Source: a virus. From it: DNA of 64,000 nucleotides. The stretch lies in the IMG/VR virus record IMGVR_UViG_3300032309_000911, positions 1 through 64,000 of that record; one strand, given 5' to 3'. The notes beneath the pieces are model-generated. The model ran no database searches and was not told where the DNA came from. It was given only the letters and a program-made list of their open reading frames with translations. Shown piece after piece: positions 17,952 through 26,634 of this stretch; position 1 is the stretch's first letter, and each line of letters opens with the position of its first letter. The position numbers were made by a program, and so were the translations under genes.

Positions 17952-19121
17952 ATGGGCTTAGGAAAAGTCGCTAATATAGTACAAAACAATTTAGGTAATC
18001 TTACAGGTGGTGGTTTAGTAGGTGTTGTAGGTGGTATTGTTGGTGCTGTATTAGATAAAGGTAAAAATAGCGTACAGACAAATGCGGCTGCGGCTAAAAT
18101 ATTAAACAAATCTCCATTAGAATTAAACGACACAAGTCCTACTTCTCACATGAAACAAAATCCATACGAATATGGCACAGTATGGTATCCTGAAAATGTA
18201 CAAAATTTAGGAACAGGCCATTACATGTTGTTTGATATCATTGTAAACGACAAAACTACATATCAAAATACAAAATTTAATAATACTAAAATTAATCCTA
18301 ATAAAAATGGTGTCATCAATAATTTTGGTTATGATACATCAGATCAAGCAGGTTCGCAAAAAGGATTTTCAAGTAGAGTTGCAAAATTAAAAACAGGCGA
18401 AAGTAGAATTACACAATTATCTTCAGGCATAAACAAATTTGGTAAACATACACATAATTTTGTAACAGATACAGTCGTACTTTATACACCACCAGGATTA
18501 AAAACAAGTTATAAAGTAGATCACGAAGGTGCAGAAACAGGTATGTTAGGTAATTTAGCGGGTTTTATAGGTGGTGGAGTTCTTACTTCAACAGGAGAAT
18601 TAGCAGGTAGATTAAAAGAAACAGGCTTACAATTTGCTACTGAAGTAGCAGCTATGGGTTTAGCCATAATACCGGGTGGTGGTGATTTAAAAGCAGTATT
18701 GCAAAAAAATACAGGCAGAGCATTTAATAATAATTTAGAAATGACTTTCAGAGGTGTGCCTATGAGAGAATTTACATTTACCTTCGAATTTGCACCTAAA
18801 AATAAAAGAGAATTGAAAAGCGCACAACAAATAATTAATTTATTTAAATTTCACATGCACCCAGAATTAGGTTGGGGAAATGATTTTATAGTACCATCAG
18901 AATTTCAAATGACTTACATGTATATGGAAAACCAAAACTCATATATTCCTAAGATTAGCCGTTGTGTGTTAAAAAGTTTAGATTTACAACATGGCGATGA
19001 AGGAGTGTTTAGTACGTTTGTAGCAGATGAATTTGGTGCTGCCCCTATCTATACTAAAATGACATTAACTTTTGCTGAAACAGAGATAATGACCAAAAAA
19101 ACAATAGCAGACGGAATGTAA
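17952..19121 (+). CDS. gp48: baseplate tail tube cap gp48
   Basis: NNNLEMTFRGVPMREFTFTFEFAPKNKRE...IINLFKFHMHP...PSEF...MTLTFAETEIMTK; divergent from gp4. Confidence 0.85.
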   Translation: MGLGKVANIVQNNLGNLTGGGLVGVVGGIVGAVLDKGKNSVQTNAAAAKILNKSPLELNDTSPTSHMKQNPYEYGTVWYPENVQNLGTGHYMLFDIIVNDKTTYQNTKFNNTKINPNKNGVINNFGYDTSDQAGSQKGFSSRVAKLKTGESRITQLSSGINKFGKHTHNFVTDTVVLYTPPGLKTSYKVDHEGAETGMLGNLAGFIGGGVLTSTGELAGRLKETGLQFATEVAAMGLAIIPGGGDLKAVLQKNTGRAFNNNLEMTFRGVPMREFTFTFEFAPKNKRELKSAQQIINLFKFHMHPELGWGNDFIVPSEFQMTYMYMENQNSYIPKISRCVLKSLDLQHGDEGVFSTFVADEFGAAPIYTKMTLTFAETEIMTKKTIADGM

Positions 19122-19122
19122 A

Positions 19123-19656
19123 ATGTATTTTTCTTATTTTCCAAAAGGCCTATACGATTTAAAAGGTGATGGCAATACAAAATTAGTTACCGATTTAATG
19201 CGTAGAATCAAAGTTAGATCAAAAATTTTAAATCAAGCAAGTTTATATGATTTGTATGACGTGCCTGAAGGAGAAACACCTGAAATGACTGCATATAAAC
19301 ATTTTGGTAGTACTTCACTTCATTGGGTTATATTGTTAACAAATGACATAACAGATAGATATTATGGGTGGCCTTTAACAACAAATGAATTTGAAAACTA
19401 TTTAACAGAAAAATATACAAATCCAGACGGCATACATCATTATGAAATTCAACAATCAAGTGGCAAAACAACAAGTGAAGGCCCAAGTGATTATTCATAT
19501 TTAATAGAAGTTAACAGTGATACGCCAAATGCTGTATCAGTATCTAATAGAGAATATGAACAGAGAATACAGGATCAAAAAAGACAAATCAAATTATTAA
19601 ATACAACATATTTACCTGCTTTTTTAGAAGAATTTGAAAACTTAATGGCAAAATAA
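19123..19656 (+). CDS. gp53: baseplate wedge protein gp53
   Basis: MYFSYFP, GETPE..AYKHFG..LHWVILLTNDI, WPL, IHHYE, EYE...KRQIKLL. Confidence 0.9.
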   Translation: MYFSYFPKGLYDLKGDGNTKLVTDLMRRIKVRSKILNQASLYDLYDVPEGETPEMTAYKHFGSTSLHWVILLTNDITDRYYGWPLTTNEFENYLTEKYTNPDGIHHYEIQQSSGKTTSEGPSDYSYLIEVNSDTPNAVSVSNREYEQRIQDQKRQIKLLNTTYLPAFLEEFENLMAK

Positions 19657-19657
19657 A

Positions 19658-21154
19658 ATGAACATATATGATACACTTGACGTTGGTGAAATAAACAGAC
19701 CCGGCGATTATAAATTATCCGACATCAATTTAATATCTTATCAAAGCGAAGATAGAAGTTCAGAACCATTTAAAGTAAGTATTGAAACACTTGTTGTAGA
19801 TATGAACATCTATGAAAGCATACACAATAAAACTTTATCTGGCAACCTATTAATCGTTGATAGTCAGAACGTAGTAGGTACATTACCTCTTACAGGCCAC
19901 GAAAGATTGGAATTCAAATTCTTTACGCCTTCATTATCTAAAGGTTACGATTTTAGTGTTGCAAATGGCAATCCAATGTATGTTTACAAAATAAGCAAAA
20001 GACAACAGGTAAATCCTAGAGCACAAATGTATCTATTGCATTTTTGCAGTAAAGAAATGTTACAAAACGAATTAGTTGTTGTATCTAATGCACAAACCGA
20101 TACTTACGCCAATATGGTTGCCAATATCACCAGAAATCCTGATTTTTTAAATTCAGCAAAGAACATTTATATTGAACCATCAATTGGTTTACATAAACAC
20201 ATATTTACACGAATAAGACCTTTTGATGCCATTGATACATTGGCACTTCAAACAAGAAGTGAAAAATATTACAATTCAGGTTATTACTTTTATGAAACAG
20301 GAGATGGTTTTAATTTCCGTTCGTTAGAAAGTATGTTAGCCGTAGAGGCCAATACAGCCAGACCTGCATTGGCCACTTTTAGACCTAAACCTGCCAATAT
20401 AAGAGACGGCGGTAATAAAGATATTAAAAACGAAATGCAGATTGCCATGAAATACACAATCACAGATCAATTTGACACATTAAAGAATTTAAGAAATGGT
20501 GTATTTGCATCTAAACTTATTACACATGATCAATTAAATAAAACCATAGAAGAAACAGTTTTTGATTATAATGTAGAATACGAAAACTTTATACACACCG
20601 AAAATGGGCCAGATGGTACAAAAACAGACAACACAAGTATATTACCATTACACAAAAGAGAAGGCGCATTTTTATCAGACTTTCCAGAACCCACATTATA
20701 TCTATGGCCGCAAACATCACAAACACATTATACAAATAACACGCCAATAGAGATTGCACCACAGAAAGAGATATTACAAAGGCGCCTATCGCAAAGACTG
20801 GCCTTTACATCATTTAAATTAGAACTTACTGTGCCAGGATTTACAGGTTTACAGGCAGGTGATCTTATTACTTTTGAAATGCCTTCTTATCAACCAGTAG
20901 GCGAGGCCGAGGCATTAGACAGAGATCCATACGTATCAGGAAGATATCTGGTTACTTCTATACGCCACCAATTAAATCGTAGAATGAATAAACACATAAT
21001 GGTCTTAGAGTGTATGAAAGACAGCGTCCGAAGACCTTATCCTGAAGAAAACGTAGATACATTTATAGGTAAAGAAAAAGAACGTAGAGGCGTAATAGAT
21101 ATATACGAACTAGACAGAATTTATACAAATTCTTTAGATGGTATTTTTAGTTAG
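19658..21154 (+). CDS. baseplate hub protein (gp27/gpD-like)
   Basis: IYESI...LSGNL..VDS, YFYETGDGFNFRSLE, VPG...AGD, SGRYLVTSIRH; lies between gp53 and gp5. Confidence 0.7.
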   Translation: MNIYDTLDVGEINRPGDYKLSDINLISYQSEDRSSEPFKVSIETLVVDMNIYESIHNKTLSGNLLIVDSQNVVGTLPLTGHERLEFKFFTPSLSKGYDFSVANGNPMYVYKISKRQQVNPRAQMYLLHFCSKEMLQNELVVVSNAQTDTYANMVANITRNPDFLNSAKNIYIEPSIGLHKHIFTRIRPFDAIDTLALQTRSEKYYNSGYYFYETGDGFNFRSLESMLAVEANTARPALATFRPKPANIRDGGNKDIKNEMQIAMKYTITDQFDTLKNLRNGVFASKLITHDQLNKTIEETVFDYNVEYENFIHTENGPDGTKTDNTSILPLHKREGAFLSDFPEPTLYLWPQTSQTHYTNNTPIEIAPQKEILQRRLSQRLAFTSFKLELTVPGFTGLQAGDLITFEMPSYQPVGEAEALDRDPYVSGRYLVTSIRHQLNRRMNKHIMVLECMKDSVRRPYPEENVDTFIGKEKERRGVIDIYELDRIYTNSLDGIFS

Positions 21155-21409
21155 GCTGAAAGAATCTCAGAGTCCGACCGCTCCGAGACCGAAATTTTTT
21201 AGGGCTATGTAGAAAGGCCATATCAATGGCCACCTTACATAAGACGAGAGAATGGCCCACTAAATATTAAAGATAACTTATGAAACAAGTGAGTATAATA
21301 TGCAAATGAATATAGAAACCATAAGAATATGCAATATTATATCTCCGATAGGTTATGTAAGATATTATATTAAGATTATATTCTAATGGTATCAGAGGAG
21401 GCCAAAGAG

Positions 21410-21547
21410 ATGAGTAAAGTAATTGAATGGTTAATGAACCTGAAAGATAAAGTCGTGCTAGCGCACTCCTTGTCTAATTGTATATGGGTTTATTACGGTG
21501 CCATTGCGTTTTGTGTGTTTTATATGGTGGCCAGATGGCCTGCGTAG
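21410..21547 (+). CDS. small putative membrane protein (45 aa, not in the ORF track)
   Basis: Strong GAGGAGG RBS at about 21395-21401; MSKVIEWLMNLKDKVVLAHSLSNCIWVYYGAIAFCVFYMVARWPA*. Confidence 0.45.
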   Translation: MSKVIEWLMNLKDKVVLAHSLSNCIWVYYGAIAFCVFYMVARWPA

Positions 21548-21616
21548 AAACGGAGAAATAGGTAAAAATGACGTGTGTTGAAGTGTTATTATCAGGCGAG
21601 CTAACGAAAGGCCATT

Positions 21617-22693
21617 ATGTATAACGAAAACTTTATGGGACTAGGAGGGTTTTACTGGTTCTCTGGCGTTGTAGAGGATAGACAAGATCCTCTGAAAGCA
21701 GGCCGTGTTCGTGTAAGAATAGTTGGCCAGCATACAACAGACAAGTTAATATTACCTACGGCCGATTTACCATGGGCCTTAGTGATGTTGCCAGTAACGG
21801 CCAGCGGCGTAAGTGGTATAGGAAATTCGGCGACCGGACTACTCGAAGGGAGTTGGGTGTTTGGGTATTTTCGTGATGGGTTGAGATGCCAAGAGCCAGT
21901 TATATTAGGTAGTTTACCAGGTAGGCCAACCGAGCCCTGTGAACCTTCTAAGGGTTTTAATGACCCAAGAGGTTTATTACCCAAATATGTAAATGAGCCT
22001 GATGTCAATCGTCTGGCCGTACATGATCCTTTAAAACCACATCCTAGTCTGGCCATCAGAGAACAGGCCAGAACGTTAGGTGTACCAACGGCGGACTTCA
22101 ATCCTTATACAGCAGCGGACGGATCGGTTATATCAGCATCGGACGGAACTACATGGAGTCAACCTGAGTTGCCTTATGCGGCCGTTTATCCATACAATCA
22201 TGTATATGAAAGTGAATCTGGCCATATCATAGAGTTTGATGATACAAAGGACAACGAGAGAATACACCTTCGCCACATGTCCGGTACAGGTACAGAGATT
22301 CACCCCAATGGCGACCAGACCACCATTACCAAGAATATAACAACAATCAACAATGGCCAGTCTAACCATTATATCACAGGCGACTCTAATACCACTATAG
22401 ATGGCCACCATAAGTTATTCATTAACAAATCAGGCGAGACCAATAACCACTACGATATACACATTGGGCCAAATGCCTCTATTAATATAATTGTAGAAAC
22501 AGGTGATATAAACCTTGTAACTGGCCAAGGCAAAGTAAATGTAAATGCAGGCGGCGATTACAATCTAAAGGTTGGCGGTAATATGACAGTTACAGTAGCA
22601 GGTGAGTTTAATCAAAGAGTAGATGGTGGTTCTATATTAAACACATCAGGCACTGTGGTCATCACAGGTGAGACAATTGATCTTAACCCATAA
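21617..22693 (+). CDS. gp5: baseplate central spike gp5 (OB-fold plus beta-helix, no lysozyme domain)
   Basis: WFSGVVEDRQDPLKAGRVRVRI.G.H...LPWA, GSWVFGYFRDG, YPYNHVYESESGHIIEFDDT, C-terminal IDLN. Confidence 0.9.
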   Translation: MYNENFMGLGGFYWFSGVVEDRQDPLKAGRVRVRIVGQHTTDKLILPTADLPWALVMLPVTASGVSGIGNSATGLLEGSWVFGYFRDGLRCQEPVILGSLPGRPTEPCEPSKGFNDPRGLLPKYVNEPDVNRLAVHDPLKPHPSLAIREQARTLGVPTADFNPYTAADGSVISASDGTTWSQPELPYAAVYPYNHVYESESGHIIEFDDTKDNERIHLRHMSGTGTEIHPNGDQTTITKNITTINNGQSNHYITGDSNTTIDGHHKLFINKSGETNNHYDIHIGPNASINIIVETGDINLVTGQGKVNVNAGGDYNLKVGGNMTVTVAGEFNQRVDGGSILNTSGTVVITGETIDLNP

Positions 22694-22912
22694 TGACGGC
22701 CAGCAGTAGCTGGAGCAAAAGTCTAATCTATAAAGACTCATAATGGTATACTACAACTAAGACAGGCCTTTATTCTAAAGCAGGCCTCTATGATATTCCT
22801 ATAGGAAACCTCGGAGGTTCCAGGATCTGTTAAAATGTTGATAGTATCTTTAGTGGCGGAAAATTTCCTGGTATATTTTACGTGTTCCAGGTTTATATCT
22901 AAATAGTAGTAT

Positions 22913-23245
22913 ATGGCAGATATCATTACATTAACGGACAAGGCAAAAGACTATCTTATTGGTATTATGGCCAAATCAGGTAAAAGATATGTATTTCTAC
23001 AAGCCAAAGGTGGTGGTTGTGCAGGTTTTAAATATGATTGGTCTTATCCAGATGAGGTAGATTTAGACAGTAAAGATACATATATTCATTTAGATGAAGG
23101 ATATTCTTTGGTGATTGATCGTTACAGTGCATTTAAATTAATAGGCATGAACATTGATTATGTTGAAAGTATATCTGGTTCTAGTTTAGAAATTAATAAT
23201 CCAAATGCTACATCTACTTGTGGATGTGGTGAGTCTTTTTCTTAG
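22913..23245 (+). CDS. iscA: HesB/IscA/ErpA-type Fe-S cluster carrier
   Basis: ITLTDKA, KGGGCAGFKY, C-terminal NPNATSTCGCGESFS. Confidence 0.9.
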   Translation: MADIITLTDKAKDYLIGIMAKSGKRYVFLQAKGGGCAGFKYDWSYPDEVDLDSKDTYIHLDEGYSLVIDRYSAFKLIGMNIDYVESISGSSLEINNPNATSTCGCGESFS

Positions 23246-23811
23246 GGATTGTTTGGCGACATAGGCACGTCAAAGATAAAAGCAATACGTTCTGCTGGCC
23301 CTATATTTTCAGCCATGTGGTTTTTCTTATTATCAAACCAAAAGAAAGTTCCTGGTTCTACTACAATTACCTCTTTTGTATTATCGTCATCGCCATCGTC
23401 CCAAACTGTGTAGCGATATATACCTTTAATTGCTAAATGATAACGATCTTTTGTATAATAGTATTTACCTTGATCAATATGTTTACCTGTAATTTCGCCT
23501 GGCGGTGTATTTAAAAATGCACAACGACCTACTCTTAACGATTTTGAGGCTATCCATTGTTGAATGGCTGTGTGTCTAGTTGTTGCCTCTGTTGGTACAC
23601 AAATTTCTGTATCACCTATAAATTCATCAGGTTTAGAAACACCACCCATAACTAATTGAAGTACGCCTGATTTAACAATCTTAGTATGAGGATCTTGACG
23701 ATCAACACCTTTCATACGGCCTACATTACCCCAATCTTCAGGATATTGTTCCAACTGTTCACGTATTTTAGATACGTCTATATTCTTTTCAATAATACGT
23801 ATGTTCTTCAT
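23242..23811 (-). CDS. aspartyl/asparaginyl beta-hydroxylase-like Fe(II)/2OG oxygenase
   Basis: KHIDQG (HxD), RYHLAI, WFDNKKNHMAEN and ERIAFIFD motifs. Confidence 0.75.
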   Translation of the reverse strand: MKNIRIIEKNIDVSKIREQLEQYPEDWGNVGRMKGVDRQDPHTKIVKSGVLQLVMGGVSKPDEFIGDTEICVPTEATTRHTAIQQWIASKSLRVGRCAFLNTPPGEITGKHIDQGKYYYTKDRYHLAIKGIYRYTVWDDGDDDNTKEVIVVEPGTFFWFDNKKNHMAENIGPAERIAFIFDVPMSPNNP

Positions 23812-23977
23812 TTACGAAGTATATCTTTAAAGATTAATACCCAAAGACCAATTACAGAAATCACGGCCACTAAGAATAATGTACTTAATATTAATTCTAA
23901 CATATTACCTCATTGAATAATAAGATGATGCTATCACCACAACAAGCACTATCATTATAATATAAAAAGTTGACATA

Positions 23978-24409
23978 CTAATTACACCATGATTGTTTAG
24001 CTTCGCCATAGTATTCTCTAGCGTAACCATTTTTAATTAATAATGATCTTAGACTTTGACCATCTAAGATAACATCACCTAATACACGACCACCAAATTT
24101 ATCCCAATTAGCAATTGCAACTTCTATCTTTTTAGCAGATGCAACGGACTTTTTTGTAAATTCTGTAGCGGCAAGACCTTTTGTATTTTCAGATTCACAT
24201 TTAGCACGGAATCCTTTTTCTGGTGTATCAACACCATAGACACGAATCAGTAATTCTTTTTTAAGTGGATCTGGTAAAAACTTTGCTTCAAAACCTACAG
24301 TATCACCATCTAATACTCTTGTTACTTTGTAGTCATACTTTTTCATTTCTACGTCCTTCGCCAGCGCTAAAGTAGGTAGAAACATTAATAGAAATAATAT
24401 TATTCTCAT
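23978..24409 (-). CDS. thermonuclease (SNase-like) with signal peptide
   Basis: RVLDGDT, IRVYGVDTPE, DKFGGRVLGDV; likely start MRIILF. Confidence 0.85.
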   Translation of the reverse strand: MRIILFLLMFLPTLALAKDVEMKKYDYKVTRVLDGDTVGFEAKFLPDPLKKELLIRVYGVDTPEKGFRAKCESENTKGLAATEFTKKSVASAKKIEVAIANWDKFGGRVLGDVILDGQSLRSLLIKNGYAREYYGEAKQSWCN

Positions 24410-24416
24410 AGTATAT

Positions 24417-24445
24417 AATATACAATATTTATTCAAAAATGTCAA
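24417..24445 (-). promoter_or_regulatory. sigma70 promoter for the nuclease operon
   Basis: Minus strand TTGACA (24445-24440), 17 nt, TATATT (24422-24417); back-to-back with TATAAATA at 24455-24462 (+). Confidence 0.65.
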
Positions 24446-24489
24446 GCGTTTTTTTATAAATACTAATGCCTAATAACAAAGGAGTTTAT

Positions 24490-24663
24490 ATGGCTAGAAA
24501 AAAAATCAAGACTCCTGAAGATATCATTAACGATATTAAAGAAAAACAATCTGAAATTGACGATTTATTGTACAACTTAGAAGATACTATAAGTGTTTCC
24601 TCTGATGAGGATATTTCCGACTTTGATGAGGAAGAGGAAATAGACGAAACAGACGAAGAATAA
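24490..24663 (+). CDS. small acidic protein
   Basis: AAGGAG RBS before MARKKIK; D/E-rich C-terminus. Confidence 0.6.
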   Translation: MARKKIKTPEDIINDIKEKQSEIDDLLYNLEDTISVSSDEDISDFDEEEEIDETDEE

Positions 24664-24680
24664 CAACAATCTATATTTCA

Positions 24681-24702
24681 GGTGCCTAGGTAACTAGGCA
24701 CC
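24681..24702 (+). terminator. hairpin terminator
   Basis: GGTGCCTAG-GTAA-CTAGGCACC followed by CTTT. Confidence 0.65.
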
Positions 24703-24882
24703 CTTTGACACAACAAAGGATTTAAATGACCAACAAATACATAGGTTTAATAATAATTGGCATTATTTTTATTGGTTTAAGTTATCTATATTTTTCTATC
24801 CTTTGTCAAAGCAGACGTTATATTAAAAAAGTTAAAAAATTAAAAAAATTAAAGATACTTTCTCAAAGATTAAGGAGAAAAC

Positions 24883-25119
24883 GTGGCTGGTAGAAAACCT
24901 AAATTAAAAACACTTAAAAGAAAAGCACCAAAGATACCAGATTTTACATGTCCTGATATAGATCACATTATTAGTTACATTGAAGATAGTGATAAACTAG
25001 GTCGTGGTCAGTTAGCTTATTTTAAAAGACGTATGGAAAAATTAAGAAACTCTAATGATAAGTTACGAGATAGTGGTATCTATTGGTATGAAGAAATAAA
25101 AAAGTTATTAGATAAATAA
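24883..25119 (+). CDS. hypothetical protein
   Basis: AAGGAG RBS, GTG start; TCPDID...MEKLRNSNDKLR..G..W motif. Confidence 0.6.
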   Translation: MAGRKPKLKTLKRKAPKIPDFTCPDIDHIISYIEDSDKLGRGQLAYFKRRMEKLRNSNDKLRDSGIYWYEEIKKLLDK

Positions 25120-25398
25120 TAATATGTACACGCACAGACAAAACGAACCTGAATACAATGCAGGTAACTTACAAGAATATGATTACGAATTGGAATGGAT
25201 TGAGTGTTTATGTAACAACACTTATAACTGTAATCATTTGGTTACAGCATTTACATATCCTTGGTTAAATTTAAATCATCAACCTCTTTACACCAATCAG
25301 TAATTTCTTCTTTTAACATTACGTTAGAAAATCCTTTATACTTAACAAGATAACATTTTCCCCAAGAGCCTTCATAATTGATATCAATAATTTCTGGT

Positions 25399-25626
25399 CT
25401 ATCCATTTAAATAATATATAATAAGTCCTATAGCAGTAACAATAGCGAATATGAGATTGGTAACAACTAAAGACATTTCTTTCCACATAATACTTACAAT
25501 CAACCAAACAATAGCACCAAGTCCTAATATCATTGGGCCGGCAGGATAATAACCAAGAGAGTTAACTAAACTACCAACTATTAATATTCCTGTAGCAACC
25601 CATTTTAAAATTTGATCTGATTTCAT
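25399..25626 (-). CDS. small 3-TM membrane protein
   Basis: Likely start MKSDQILKW at 25626 (TAATG coupling); similar to the protein at 11021-11248. Confidence 0.65.
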   Translation of the reverse strand: MKSDQILKWVATGILIVGSLVNSLGYYPAGPMILGLGAIVWLIVSIMWKEMSLVVTNLIFAIVTAIGLIIYYLNG

Positions 25627-25760
25627 TAAATACAACCAATTATACAGTTAGATGTGCCATAAGCAACCATATATTTTGCTCCGATATAAAATAAAGCATA
25701 ACTTCCTAATACAATAGAAGCAACAAGTAACAATGATTTAACATCTTCTTTAGTAAACAT
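25626..25760 (-). CDS. small membrane protein (44 aa, not in the ORF track)
   Basis: AAGGA RBS; MFTKEDVKSLLLVASIVLGSYALFYIGAKYMVAYGTSNCIIGCI*. Confidence 0.6.
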   Translation of the reverse strand: MFTKEDVKSLLLVASIVLGSYALFYIGAKYMVAYGTSNCIIGCI

Positions 25761-25794
25761 TATATTTTAGTCCTTTTTTGTTGTTAATACATAT

Positions 25795-25897
25795 AATATA
25801 CACTGTATTTTTACTTAAAACAAGCGAAAAATGCAATTTTTTAAAAATAAAAGGCAATTAAATCAGTAACTTAATCAAATGTTGCAAAAATACAACA
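25795..25897 (-). promoter_or_regulatory. early promoter with upstream palindromic box
   Basis: Minus strand: TGTTGTATTTTTGCAACA (25897-25880), 54 nt, GC-TTGTTT, 17 nt, TATATT; same architecture as 370-474. Confidence 0.55.
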
Positions 25898-25908
25898 AAA
25901 AAATTGAT

Positions 25909-25916
25909 TATAAATA
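25909..25916 (+). promoter_or_regulatory. T4-type late promoter
   Basis: TATAAATA heading the PAAR/fibre operon. Confidence 0.6.
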
Positions 25917-26006
25917 GTAAATATATGATTGATTTTGATAAAATTGATGATTTGTCATTTATGATTGATGATAATGATTCTAAAAAACTAAAAAAGGTGA
26001 AAAAAA

Positions 26007-26156
26007 ATGGCAAAAAAATTTGCAAACAACGCAAACTCATTAAAAAACGCAGGCAAACCAAAAAGAACTAGTATTGGTCGTGGATTTCATAGTAAATCTA
26101 TGATGAATAAACATAAAAGAAGAAGTTTTAAAGCTTACAGAGGCCAAGGAAGATAA
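26007..26156 (+). CDS. small basic protein with C-terminal YRGQG motif (conserved in aquatic T4-like phages; not in the ORF track)
   Basis: MAKKFANNANSLKNAGKPKRTSIGRGFHSKSMMNKHKRRSFKAYRGQGR*. Confidence 0.7.
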   Translation: MAKKFANNANSLKNAGKPKRTSIGRGFHSKSMMNKHKRRSFKAYRGQGR

Positions 26157-26165
26157 AAAAAATAA

Positions 26166-26456
26166 ATGCCAGCAATTTGTAGAGTAAATTTAGATAGACA
26201 TATAGGTCATGCTTGTTTAAAAATGCCCTATCATCAAACTCCTTACAAAACTGGTTCTGAAAATGTTTTTATAAATGGAGAAAAAGCAGTTAGAATTGGA
26301 GATACTTGTGCTTGTACAGATCCTGCTATTGAAGGAAGTATAACAGTGTTTATAAATGGCATAGGCGTACATAGAAAAGAAGATGCAACAGGTGGACACG
26401 GCTGTTGGGTTCCAAATAAAGCGGCCACAGGTTCAGAAAACGTATTTGCGGGATAA
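26166..26456 (+). CDS. PAAR-repeat spike tip protein (gp5.4-like)
   Basis: MPAICR...GSENVFINGEKAVRIGD...GSITVFING...GSENVFAG with His/Cys metal ligands. Confidence 0.85.
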   Translation: MPAICRVNLDRHIGHACLKMPYHQTPYKTGSENVFINGEKAVRIGDTCACTDPAIEGSITVFINGIGVHRKEDATGGHGCWVPNKAATGSENVFAG

Positions 26457-26457
26457 T

Positions 26458-26634
26458 ATGGCAGAATTAGACGCATCAGGTTTAACCTTTACAAGTCAAC
26501 CAACAAAAGCAGAAACAGAACGTTTTGAATATGCTGCTTTTGGATATTTTGATAAAAATCCGGGTATAGTTGGTAACAATTATAAAAGTTATATTGGCAT
26601 TTATTATAATGATGAAGGAGATAAAACAGATTAA
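26458..26634 (+). CDS. small hypothetical virion protein
   Basis: Likely start MAELDASG at 26458; coupled to the next gene. Confidence 0.55.
   Translation: MAELDASGLTFTSQPTKAETERFEYAAFGYFDKNPGIVGNNYKSYIGIYYNDEGDKTD

Noticed and set aside
21652-22411. Antisense ORFs inside gene 5 as equivalents of T4 repEA/repEB
   Set aside because: No RBS or recognisable motif; the higher local GC makes antisense ORFs likely by chance.
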